DNA from: Octopus sinensis
Lineage: Eukaryota
Direction of reading: 5' to 3'
NCBI RefSeq assembly: GCF_006345805.1
Contig: NC_043005.1
Location: 91,822,001-91,886,000, forward strand
Length of the DNA stretch: 64,000 bases
Each line of letters opens with the position of its first letter. Position 1 is the first letter of the stretch. The translations under genes were made by a program, and so were the position numbers. This document shows, piece by piece, positions 51,755 to 63,908 of the stretch. Below the pieces are notes generated by a model. That model was not told where the DNA came from. It saw only the letters and a program-made list of their open reading frames with translations, and did not search any database.

Positions 51755-52308
51755 CTGTAAAATAAGAACATCACCACCAATGATGATGACGAATATGATG
51801 ACGACTCTGTATCCTTCTTTTACTACCAATGGAAGTGCTCTGATAAATGTTCTCAGTTCTGGATCACTTTGTGCCATCTCACTTGACTTGAAATTAACAG
51901 CATCTTCATCCAAATGCTGTTGTGCTTCCACAAATAAAGAAGTCTTTCTACTTTTGTAGCTTTTCCCCTCACACTACCAGACTTTAGAAATTCTTTCCCA
52001 TCTCATTGTTTTTCCCCTTCTTATGACCTGAACTCTATTAAGTTTGAAGTAAATTCATTCCTTTCATCCCTATTTCTCCTTCTTCATAGTCCTTTTGTTT
52101 GGAACTTTCAGTTAAATTCATCATCATTATTATTCTTATTCATATACACACAACAAATTAGACTGTTGGAAAAGAAAAAAATCCTAATATCCGGCTACAA
52201 GTAACCTTAGATGCCAAGAACCCTCCTAAGTATCCTAGCTGTCCCTAATAACACTGTTTTCTGGAGCTGTACTAAACTGGGATGTTTTTACTTATTATTA
52301 TTATTTTT

Positions 52309-52485
52309 AAGGTGGTGAGCTGGCAGAATTGTTAGCACACCAGGCGAAATGCTTAGCAGTATTTCATCTGTCTTTGTGTTCTGAGTTCAAATTCTGCCAA
52401 GGTTGACTTTGCTTTTCATCCTTTTGGGGTCGATAAATTAAGTACCAATGAAACAAAATTGCCGCCCCTGTGGAAAAATTTGAAC

Positions 52486-52536
<51 letters not shown>

Positions 52537-52756
52537 AATAATAATTCTTACTAATTTTGGTACAAGGCCAGCAATTTTGAGAGGTGGGGGACAAGTTAAT
52601 TACATCAACCCCCAGTCTGACTGGAACTATATTTTATCAACTCTGTGAGGATAAAAGGCAAAGTTGACCTCTGTAGTAATTGAACTCAGAACCAGAAGAA
52701 ATGTTGCTAAGCATTTGGTCTGGCACACTAATGATTGTATCCACTTGTTGCCTTAA
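52309..52756. mobile_element. Tail-to-tail pair of family-A SINEs around (ATT)n
   Basis: Plus copy 52309-52487, (ATT)n 52487-52532, minus copy 52545-52756. Confidence 0.85.
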
Positions 52757-54100
52757 TAATGATGATGATAATGTTCAAAACACTGATTAATTTTAAAATT
52801 ATAGTGACTGAAGTTTTACGAAACTGCTTTCTGTTGTGATATTTTTAAAGCATGATAAATAATGCTAATAAATATATAGAGGTAACAGTTGATATCTTTT
52901 GGTGGTGTGAGTAGTTTTATTACTTGTCTAATATCTTATTTCCTAGTAGTTAGTTTATTAATATAGAACAAATGGAGGAACAAGTTGACCTCATAAGAAC
53001 TTATTTCTGGAAAGGATGAAGACTTCTACTATAGAAATGGTACTAATTGTATTGTATAAGAAGTGTAGTGTTTATTTTTTGTTCATACAACAGGAAGGAA
53101 ACATTTAATAATGAAATAAAGATACACAATTATATGATTTACAATTTCTCTGTTTCATATTTAAATACTACTTTCGGTTTTTAAAATAATTATTTGATAA
53201 ATTTATTCTTGTATTTATCAATATTTCCCAAGACTGTCGAATCACAAACTAAAACCCTGAAATACTGACAACATGGATCTAAAGTAATTCAGTTTGCAAC
53301 ATTGTTGTCATATGAATAATCCCTTAATGCATGCTTACTTGTGTTGAATGCATTTTTGTAGCATTAAAATGAACTGATGTCTATTATAAAAAATGTGTAA
53401 ATGAGTGTGCGTATGCTTGAAATTAGTAAATAAATAAAAATTGTGAAAAATTACAAAGTTTCAGGTCACAATCATAATCTAACAAAAACTGATTTTAATT
53501 CAAGAAAAAATTCAATCAGTCAAAGGAAATTAATTGTTGATTTTTTTTCTGAAAATGTATTAAGATAATGTTTTTTTTTCTTGTTAAAATATTTGTCCTT
53601 TAGATTGAAATTTTTTTATATTTGTTTGCACATTGAACTAGGCATAACTTATTTTGCGTTCTAACATTTCTTTGGTTTTTACTCTTCAAAATGTGAAATA
53701 ATAAATGGATTAAAAGTAATAAAAACTTTAATGGGAAAATTTTACAAAAAAGTGTAAGTTAATTTGATTTGTTAGCTGTTTTAAGCAACTAGTTCACTAT
53801 AAAAACACATTGCATTTTAAAATACAATCCATGTTTAAACACATGTATTTCATAAGATGTTTTACATATGTACATGCATGCATACGCACAAAAGCTAATA
53901 ACAAGAATTAACACCTTCAAAACTAAGCACAAAAGAAAATTTATGGAGAGTTTTTACCTTGTTTTATCACTCTGGATGTAAATGTTTATACAAGTTAGTT
54001 GGGAAAAAATTGCTGATTTATGGTTATCAGGGATTAATAAATATAGCTAAGAAGCAACCATCACAGATCTTAATTTATAGAAATTGCATGTATTTTCTAG

Positions 54101-54215
54101 CATTATCATTCGGAAGCAAGATGGAGTAAATGAAATTGATCAAAGTAAATGGGACATTCCATCAAAAATGGACTTACCGTCACCAGCCAGACACAATTGT
54201 CAATCAATGATTTGA
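54101..54215 (+). CDS. Candidate terminal coding exon (IIIRKQDGVNEIDQSKWDIPSKMDLPSPARHNCQSMI*)
   Basis: gtattttctag| acceptor, 37 open codons of protein-like composition, AATAAA at 54221. A competing minus-strand donor lies at 54177. Confidence 0.35.
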
Positions 54216-54689
54216 AGTGTAAATAAATAATATATTCGCGAGCTGCTGATTATGATTTATTTATAAGATTTACCACCATAATTATGTGAACTATAATTAC
54301 TCTCAAGCAGGAATTATGCATGATAAAAGAACTTTATTTCCATAGAAAATACAATAAGCCAGGAATGATAACAGAAATTTCACCAGGATTTTACTCTGCT
54401 CTCTATTGCAGTTTGAAAGAATTTATAATGATGATGAATATGAAAAATGTCTAGAGAAGGATCTGAATGTAAACAAGCAATATATTTGCAATGTAGTGTA
54501 ACTAAACCACTTACTGAGAAGTAAGCTGTGTGTAAGTGCCTGTCCTGAACTGGCAAGAATGAATAATAGCAACCTCCAGCTAATGGCTGAAGAACTACAG
54601 AACTGGAGTGGGTATGGTGGAATCACCAAATAGTTCTGTAATTGTATATTGGTGGTGGTGGGGGGGGGGGAGGCGGCCAGCGCCACCTT

Positions 54690-54960
54690 GACTGGCTTCT
54701 GTGCTGGTGGCATGTAAAAAGCACCAACCGATCGTGGCCACTGCCAGCCTCCCCTGGCACCTGTGCCGGCGGCACATAAAAATCACCCACTACACTCACG
54801 GAGTGGTTGGCGTTAGGAAAGGCATCCAGCTGTAGAAACACTGCCAGATCAGACTGGAGCCTGGTGCAGCCTCCTGGCTTCCCAGACCCTGGTTGAACCA
54901 TCCAACCCGTGCTAGCATGGAAAATGGACGTTAAACGATGATGATGATGATGATGATGAT
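54690..54960 (+). mobile_element. RTE-type 3' tail element with (ATG)n
   Basis: Same family as 8856-9049 and 62790-63148. Confidence 0.85.
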
Positions 54961-55129
54961 TCTCTGTATTATAGATGATACAGCTGTATTATAGAAGCTT
55001 AACCAGCAGACAGCAAACAGCTGTAAAACTGTTTAATAAATTCTCTTATTTTATAATTTATAATTTCTGCTGTAAAATTATCAGCCTTTTTAAAGTCTGT
55101 TTTCCTAACTTATTACTGTTGCTATCATT

Positions 55130-55495
55130 ATTACTGGACATGTTTAATAGTTAGTGCATTGGACAAAATGCTTAGTGACATTTCTTCTGACACTTTACAA
55201 TCTGAGTTCAAATCCTACCGAGGGCAACTTTGCCTTTTCATCCTTTCAGGGTTGATAAAATAAGTACCAGTTGAGCACTGGAGGGTCAATGTAATTGACT
55301 TGCCTCCTCCTTTTCATAAATTCCAGGCCTTGTGCTAAAGTAGAAAGAAAAATTATTATTATTGAATTGTTAATATGTTTTTGACTTTTTATTTCTTTTG
55401 ATCATTTTATGTTTTGAGTTCAAATCCCACTGGAGTCAGCTTTGCCTTTCATCCTTTCAGGGTTGATAAGTGCCAGTTGAGTACTGGGATTGGTC
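55130..55495 (+). mobile_element. Two family-A SINE fragments
   Basis: gagttcaaatcc..tttgcctttcatcctttcagggttgataa occurs twice. Confidence 0.75.
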
Positions 55496-55695
55496 TAATG
55501 GACTAGCACCATGCACCTCCCACCAAATTTCAGGTTCTGCATCCATAGTAGAAAGTTAATATTGAACATGTTATTTTCATGTATTTTTATATTCATTTGC
55601 AGTCCAGACCATAGGCTATGGCCATGCTGGAGCACACCATTGATATGAAGGGTGACAAGCTGACAGAAACATTTGCATACAAACAAAATGTTTAA

Positions 55696-55909
55696 CCCTT
55701 TCATTACTGTATTTATTTTGAGATGCTCTCTGTTTCTTTCAATTACTTTAAATATAACAAAGAATTTAGTAAAATAACTTGGTTATCATTCAGCCAGTGT
55801 TAGGAACATTTATTGTGACTAAGGTTTGTTGAAAGATTTTAATTCAAAACTTATGAAAACAGGACATTTGTACTCAGACCCTGTTTCAGCCGGGTTGGTA
55901 ATGAAAGGG
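55696..55909 (-). mobile_element. piggyBac-type MITE family 1, TTAA TSD
   Basis: Reverse-complement homolog of 33092-33310. Confidence 0.9.
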
Positions 55910-56717
55910 TTAATGGTATTTCTTCCAGTTTTACATTCTGAGGTTAAATGTTGCTGAGGTCAACTTTGCCTTTCATCCTTTTGGGATCAATAAAACAAAA
56001 TATCAGTTGCATACTGGGGATGATGTAACCAACTGGCTCCTCCTGCCAGATTTCAGAAAGAAATGATGGCTAAGTGAATCTTCAGTAAATTATTTTTATA
56101 GTTTTATGGATGAGAAATTATATTTTTAGAAAAGTCAGAATACTCAAACTGCTGACATAAATTTTCATAAATTTGGTGTTGGCTACTCTTAAAATGACTT
56201 TTAAGTCAAAGGAGATATCTCAGCTAAATTTGCAATCCTAACGAAATAGAAATTTAAATGACTCATAGAATAAATTAAATTTGAAAGAAGTAAGATTACC
56301 AAAATAGGATTAAGATTGTCTGGAAGCATAAAGTGAATGAAGGAGATCTGTTAGAATGAAATGAGTCTGCAGTCTCTTAGGGTTTATAACCATTTAGAAA
56401 TGTTAATATAAATACAGTGATTATTTTAAAATTGCTAAGAAAAGTTGCATGTAATGATATGTTTAGAAGCTCTAAAACTACTGATTGTGGTTTCATAAAA
56501 TATGGCATATTTTAAAACCGGCATGGCAGTTACAAACGTTGTGATTATACAAAAGAATTCTCTACAAGATTCTTGATGACTAAAAACAATAAAAAATCAA
56601 ATTTAATGTGTGTATGTGTATTTTATCTAAGTTGTTGTTTGAGAAATATTTCGTGTAAAAATAAATATATTAATATTATGCAATAACAGTATTTTGAGGT
56701 CTATTATATTTTCTTTT

Positions 56718-57090
56718 GGTTGTGTGGTAAGAAGCTTACTTCCCATCCACATGGTTCTGGGTTCAGTCCTACTGTGTGGCACCTTGAGCCAAAACCTTGT
56801 GACTGAATTTGGTAGATGGAAACTGAAAGAAGCCTGTCATATATATATATATATATATGTATGTTTGTTTGTGTGTGTGTTTGTATGTCTGTGTTTGTCC
56901 CCACTACCATCGCTTGACACCAATGTTTGTGTGTTTATGTACCCGTAACTTAGCTGTTTAGCAAAAGAGACCGATAGAATAAATACTAGGCTTACAAGGA
57001 ATAAGTCGTGGGATTGATTTGTTTTATTAAAGGCAGTGCTCTGGCTTGGCTGCAGTCAAATGACTGAAACAGGTAAAAGAATAAAAGAAT
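56718..57090 (+). mobile_element. Family-B CORE-type SINE, near full length
   Basis: Homolog of 63514-63908. Confidence 0.9.
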
Positions 57091-57806
57091 ATTAAATTTG
57101 ATAGAAAAGGGCACTGGAAACAATGATTTAAATTACATATATTTGCACCTAACATTATACAAAACTATGGAAACTATGCAGCATATAGACATATACATAT
57201 AGGTTTTGTATTTTGTAAGTTCATCTTTCATCACAAGTATTTAACAAAGCAACTTTACCTGTTTCAGTGAGAGAGAGAGAGAATAAGCATTTCATTAATT
57301 GACAATAGCCTTACAAATGTTTTATTGTGGCCTTAAATCGTTTACAAGAAGAGGTTATATTTTAACAGTGTCATTGTGTAGTGAAAGAGTATTTTAAAGC
57401 AAATTGATCAGCTGAAGAGAGGAAGTCATAACTGTCTTGCCAAGAAACTTCGTGAGGCAGCTTCTTCTATCTGAAGATTTGTGAAACAACTTAAACTGTA
57501 AATTTACAATAGGCTTATATATTTCCTTCTCAGATACTTTTGTAATATTGATAACATTTCACTCGCCCTTTTAATTTTATTTATTGACTGTAAAACATCT
57601 TTTAGTAACATCTTTAGAAATAAGTAAAAACAAAAACACAAAAAAAATTAACAAGACACTCTTCAAAGTAATAATCAATAAATCAATTATTGGCTTTCAT
57701 CAGTTTTGCCTTTCTTTTCTCTGAGTTAATTCTGTCGCCCTCTTGAACTAGTTTATTGTACTACTCTCTCATTCTCTCCTGCTGTATGCACTGCCTTTAC
57801 TCTTTC

Positions 57807-57811
<5 letters not shown>

Positions 57812-57860
<49 letters not shown>

Positions 57861-57900
57861 ATGTGTGTGTGTGCGTGTGTGTGTGTGTGTGTGTACATAC
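57812..57900. repeat. (TA)n(TG)n microsatellite
   Basis: Direct read. Confidence 0.95.
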
Positions 57901-58404
57901 ATATGTGTGTATGTTGCTCTTTCCTGCTGATTGTAAACTGACATCACTCTGATATGGTGGGGTTCATACAGTGAAAAGCTTGGATCAAATTATTTCCTTA
58001 CATCTTGGCAGGAATGGATAGATGTGGTGGGAAAACAAAACAGAAAACAACAAAAGATCTTTTCCTGCAATTTAGCTTGAAGATGAAATGCAGTAGATAG
58101 TAAAATTTTATACTGTTTTTTTCTCTCTTTTGTATGTGCTTATATACTGACTTGAAATAGAGGTTGGTGTTTGTGTGCAGATACATGCATACATATACAT
58201 ACATACATACATACATACATACATGTGTGCATGTGTGTGTACACCTGTGTGTCATGTGTATATTGTATGTGTGTATGTATATAAATATACATAGATGTAT
58301 GTATGTATGTATATGTATATATGTATAATTATTTTTAGAAATATAGAATCCAAGAACAATGTGATGCCTCCATTTAGCTCATGAGATGATGAGTGTTTTG
58401 TCTT

Positions 58405-58613
58405 TTATTTATTTTACTTGTTTCAGTCATTTGACTGCAGCCATGCTGGAGCACCATCTACATTCGAACAAATTGACATCAGCACTTGTTCTTTGTAAGC
58501 CTAGTTCTTATTCTATCGGTTTATTTTGCTGAACTGCTATGGGGATGTAAACACACCAACATCGGTTGTCAAGCGATGATGGGAGGACAAACCCAAACAC
58601 ACAAATGCACATG

Positions 58614-58646
<33 letters not shown>

Positions 58647-58818
58647 GTATGTATGTATATACGATGAGCTTCTTTCAGTTTCTGTCTACCAAAATTCCAC
58701 TCACAAGACTTTGGTTGGCCCAAGTCTATGGCAGAAGACGCCCAAGGTATCACACAGTGAGACTGAACCCAGAACCATGTGGTTGGGAACCAAGCTTCTT
58801 ACCACACAGCTACTCCAT
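58405..58818 (-). mobile_element. Family-B CORE-type SINE, near full length
   Basis: Homolog of 63514-63908. Confidence 0.9.
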
Positions 58819-59920
58819 GTAGAAAATATTATAGAATCAGTAACAATATATTGTTTAAGTATACTTATTTTTCATGTACCACCAGAAATGTAGACCTCCA
58901 TTGGCCTCAGTGTTATGATAAGCTAATATGCTAACATGCTTGAATAGTATGTATTCACTTTCAAAAGTTCAGAGTTGCTAGTGTGAATAGTAAAGTAATT
59001 CATACATGAAAAAAAAAAAAAAAGAAATCAATCATTGATAAGAGAAAAAAAAAAAACAAGACTTTGTAAAAATAGTGTAATACATTTGTTCTTGAATTAA
59101 AATTCTTTTTGTATTGCATATGTAGTGTGAAAGGAAAATGTTGCTGAGATAAAAATAAGTGGAATCAACATATGTGATTGGTGTAAAGAGATATGGCAAT
59201 TTAGTGTTTTGTTCCTCTAAATTATCTTTTACTGAAACTAGATGGATGGAGATGAACAGTTTGTTTCTGTGTGTGTCCTGAGGATGTAGAACACTGAGTT
59301 CCACTTTGTATAACTAGTAAATAACTGAGAGGCGCTGCTTGATAATTGTTCCAGTTTTCTTTTGTTCATTCATTCATTTGTTTAGCATCCATTTTCCCAT
59401 GCTAATACAGGTTAGACAAAGACATATTATTGTGGAATTTTTTTTTTTCAGCTAGATACACTTCCTGTTACTATATCAGTTTCATAAGTAAGGAATTTCC
59501 ATTTTACTTGCCTTTGAAAGTGTTGTGCTACAGGATAATCTATTAAGAGAAAATTTTCAACATGCCACCAGTTTTGTGCATGAGATTTCATGCAAAGATG
59601 ATACAAAATGAAACATTTGCATGCAAGCACACTTCCATACAGGCTTCCACCTACATAATATTGGTCAACCTTGGGCTATAGCTGAAAATGTTTGCTGAAC
59701 ATGCCGTACCCATGAATGTGTGAAGAACTGTGAACAATTAAAACTTAAACTTGCATGAAGATCTTTGCAAGTGAGAATATCAGAAATATTTAAAATAAAT
59801 AATTTATAAACATTTTCTTTATGTTTGAAATTACTTAATATTTCTTATTGCTTAATGAAAGTAAATTATCAATAATTTTAATTATTTTCTATACATTAAC
59901 AAAGAATTCTTTTTCCTTAC

Positions 59921-60140
59921 CCCTTTCGTTAATGTATTATTTTGAGATACTCTGTGTTTCTCTCAATTATTTTAAATATAATGAAGAATTTAGTAAAATA
60001 ACTAAGTCATCATTCAGCTAGTGTAAGGAACATATAGTATGACTAAGGTTTGGTGGAAGATTTTAATTCAGAACTTATGAAATCAAGACATTTGTACTAC
60101 AGAGCCATAGCTGGTTTCGGCTGGGTTGGTAACAAAAGGG
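59921..60140 (-). mobile_element. piggyBac-type MITE family 1
   Basis: TTAC|CCCTTTCG...AAAGGG|TTAA. Confidence 0.88.
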
Positions 60141-60219
60141 TTAAAAATAGTTTACTGAATTGAAAACCTCAGTTTCTTTGTCTAGCATAATTCATTTCAA
60201 ATTTATGATGCATTTGTAA

Positions 60220-60454
60220 CAGTAGTTCTCAACCAGGGTCTATATGACCTTTGGAGGTCCATATAAGATTTTGCTGTTAAAAATTATCTGCAATAAATTG
60301 GTTATACTTCAACAATACACCAAACATTTTAGCAATTTTTTTTTATATATTATAATTATAAAAATTCAATAATATTTTTAAAATATTGAATACCTGAGTA
60401 AAAAAGGAATCAGGGGGAGTTTGTAGGTGAAAAAAAAATGGTTGAGAACCACTG
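60220..60454. mobile_element. hAT/Charlie-like MITE
   Basis: TIR CAGTAGTTCTCAACC / GGTTGAGAACCACTG (14/15). Confidence 0.8.
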
Positions 60455-61297
60455 CTTTTTAGAAATATCAAATCTACCCGAGTACTAATTACTTGACTAC
60501 TATATCCTTTTATTTATCCTGAATGCATAAAAAATGAAGTCATCTTCAGCAGGATTTGAACTAAGAACTATAGAATATTACTAAATACTGCGAGCATTTT
60601 GTTTTATGCTCTAATAATTTTGCTAATCCTCTGCCTAAAGAAGTTTGAGTTTATTAGACATTTTTCTTTTATATTTTTGGTTTTCGGTTTCTGTGTGTAT
60701 TTATTCTAAGAAGCTTATTCCATTCAGACTTGCTAATTAATGCTGCCCAATGTTTTAGACAGGCTCGTTTTATAACATTGTGTTGGGATATTAATAAAAG
60801 TAGCACAAATAGACAAAACATTGGTAATGTCATGTCCATTCAGCAAGGCATGTGTCACATAATTAACTTTGGTTCAATCATTTAAAGTAAACTATAGGTT
60901 AGTAAGTAAATAATCTGAAGGCAGGCATGCATTATATTGAAGTAAAAAAGGATATAACATAAGGAACAATCTGGTGGCATAGACTCTGATTGGTTGGATT
61001 GAGAAGTAAATTGTAGTTATAGGTTTCTTACGTTACTGTTGATAATGTTAGTATTGTAATGAGGAGAATGCAGACTGACAACTGTATTTTGGAAGACCAG
61101 AATGTAGGGACTTTGCAGGTTTTATCTGACTAGCAGTGGTAATCTACATTTCCCAGGTGCTGAATTTGGAGAAAAAATAAACTTTAATTACTTCACTCAG
61201 ATTTGTTATTGCTGGTGTTGTTTGCTCTCTGTTTCTAGCCATGCTGGAGCACTGTTTAACAAGTCATTCATGCTGCATCCCCACCATATATATATAT

Positions 61298-61339
<42 letters not shown>

Positions 61340-61592
61340 ATATGTTGTTCTCTGATATATATATATATTTCATGTAAACCCAGAGTTTCTACCTTTAAGA
61401 ACAAGGAGTTACACCCTTTTCATTTGTGTGATTTTTTGCTACCTTGGTAACTATTCATCTATTTTTTCCGTGTTAATTGTTAACAAGGGAAAAATACACA
61501 CATCTATTTATATATATATACATATATATGTGTGTGTGTGTGAATGGTTTTGTTATATGGTGCTGTGTTTTACAATCCTGTAAATAATGATA

Positions 61593-61867
61593 ATGGTATT
61601 TATATAAACATAAAGCTTATGGCAATCACTGTGCAGTGACTAAGGAAAATAGTCTAATAATGGGGCATATAAGCCCTTGACAGGAAAAAGAAGTTTGTTA
61701 CCTTTAAAGGTAACACATTTAGTCATGTTAACAAGGGATGTGGATTCGAGTCCCATGTAGATAGGAAAGCCTTTTTTTTCTGTCATCGGCTTATATGACC
61801 CTTTGTTACACTATTTTCTCTTTGTCGTTGCACAGTGATCGCCCTAAGCTTTAAGCTTATATAAATA

Positions 61868-61871
<4 letters not shown>
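61593..61871. mobile_element. Fold-back MITE-like element with about 100-bp TIRs
   Basis: 61593-61690 versus 61771-61871 at about 80% identity; perfect 18-bp palindrome GTTACCTTTAAAGGTAAC at 61697-61714. Confidence 0.75.
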
Positions 61872-61911
<40 letters not shown>

Positions 61912-61961
61912 AAAAAAAAAGGTCAAGCTAGAAAATGCTAAAATAATTTTATAAAAAAACA

Positions 61962-62003
61962 TTTCAGTACCGGTTTCAGTCATTGAGACTTTTTCAATTG
62001 TAA
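61962..62003 (-). ncRNA. Hammerhead-like motif with U3-A8 covariant core
   Basis: Minus: TTACAA-TTGAAAA-AGTC(tcaat)GACT-GAA-ACCGGT-A-CTGAAA; helix I 4/6 paired; lies in a segment of about 220 bp between two (TA)n tracts. Confidence 0.5.
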
Positions 62004-62129
62004 CAATTAAATAATTAAATTTAGAAAAATTAAAAGAAAAATTTCTTTAAAAGAATATTTGTATAGTGTTCAAATACAAGTGGCATTTTCCTTGTTTCTG
62101 CTTGTCTCTGTCTCTCTTGTGGGTTCGAG

Positions 62130-62176
<47 letters not shown>

Positions 62177-62789
62177 TATATATTGAGAAAGATTGTCTAT
62201 GTGTATCAGAGGTGGGATGCACAAAAAGATTAAATAGAAACTGAAGGGGAAAGAAAAACAGAGTTCACTATCACAAACGGAAAACATATTTAAGAATATT
62301 TCTGTACCTCCTACTAACACTCTTACACAACTGCCTATGTTTCTTTGGTCTCTCACTCTTAACAACTTACTATATCTTTTCTTTGACTCCTCCTTGTTTT
62401 ACACCAAGAGAGCCTCAAACACTTTTTTTGTATATGTACTATTTTGGGATGCATTTAAACGGTCATGCCAAATTTGGTAAAGATTTATTGAGAAATGGCA
62501 GTGTTGTGTCAAGCATTTACACCTATCATATAGGCTAGGATATTTCCAGTTTTGTAGTGTTGTGGGGAAAATCAGTTCTAGTTTGTTCTGCTTGCATTTT
62601 TATTTGATGAGATAAAGGGAGGTCTCCAAAATCTCACATAGCTGTTGTTATTAACTTATTCAAACATGGAAAGCTATGTAGATTTTACAGATAGTATTTT
62701 TTATAACATTAGCAGAGTTTATAAATTACTAAGTACACAGTATTCTTATTGCTTGCTGTATATATATATATATATATATATATAGATAG

Positions 62790-63148
62790 ATATATAATTC
62801 GTAATTGTTACCTGTGTTGCCCTACTGGCACTTGTGCCGGTGGCATGTGAACAAATCATTCGAGCGAGGTCGTTGCCAGTGCCGCTGGACTGACTCCTGT
62901 GAAGGTGGCACATAAAAAGCACCATTTGAGCGTGGCTGTTGCCAGTACCCCCAGACTGGCCCTCGTGCTGGTGGCACATAAAAGCACCCACTACACTCTC
63001 GGAGTGGTTGGTGTTAGGAAGGGCATCCAACTGTAGAAACTCTGCCAGATCAGATTGGAGCCTGGTGCAGCCATCTGGTTTGCCAGTCCTCAGTCAAATC
63101 GTCCAACCCATGCTAGCATGGAAAGCGGACGTTAAACGATGATGATGA
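62790..63148 (+). mobile_element. Young RTE-type 3' UTR/tail element
   Basis: CpG-rich; ends catgctagcatggaaagcggacgttaaacgat(gat)n. Confidence 0.88.
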
Positions 63149-63230
63149 TATATATATATATATAACGGGAAGCTTTATGAAAATAAACAAAAGACGAAGG
63201 CAGGTGGAAAACAAACGAACAATTGTATTA

Positions 63231-63270
<40 letters not shown>

Positions 63271-63513
63271 GCCTATAATTATTTGATCATTTAAGGCTAT
63301 TGTAACAATACTGAGAAGATTCCTAGATATTTGATGACCAGCAGATCTGATAGGCTCAAAGAACTATGTCATTTGTCCAGTGTGATGAGACTTGAATTAT
63401 GAATAGATACTATCTACATTCATTGTATCTCTCATAAACATGTGTGAGAAAGGTTCATAGTAAAATACAATGAAAATGTTGTATTGAATTCAATTGAAGC
63501 TGCTCTTGTATAC

Positions 63514-63908
63514 TTTACTTACTTACTTGTTTCAGTCATTTGACTGCGGCCATGCTGGAGCACCGCCTTTAGTCGAGCAAATCGATCCCGGGACTTATTC
63601 TTTGTAAGCCCAGTACTTATTCTATCGGTCTCTTTTGCCGAACCGCTAAGTGACGGGGATGTAAACACACCAGCATCGGTTGTCAAGCAATGCTAGGGGG
63701 ACAAACACAGACACACAAACACATATATATATATATACATATATATGACAGGCTTCTTTCAGTTTCCGTCTACCAAATCCACTCACAAGGCATTGGTCGG
63801 CCCGGGGCTATAGCAGAAGACACTTGCCCAAGATGCCACGCAGTGGGACTGAACCCGGAACCATGTGGGTGGTTAGCAAGCTACTTACCACACAGCCACT
63901 CCTGCGCC
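63514..63908 (-). mobile_element. Young full-length CORE-type tRNA-SINE (family B; Octopus OR-like)
   Basis: Head GGCGCAGGAGTGGCTGTGTGGTAAG, B box GGTTCAGTCCC, CORE-like CATCTTGGGCAAGTG, internal (TA)/(TG), GTAA-repeat tail. Confidence 0.93.

Noticed and set aside
57412-57490. Two CTGAAGA...GAAA strings
   Set aside because: No consistent helices or NUH cleavage site.
61720-61760. tRNA-like GGATTCGAGTCCC; likewise the SINE heads throughout the window
   Set aside because: No cloverleaf; these are SINE- or MITE-derived, so no tRNA gene is called.
819-63142. ORF-track entries rich in VC/TH/IY/SIYL/ER repeats
   Set aside because: Read-through of microsatellites, not genes.
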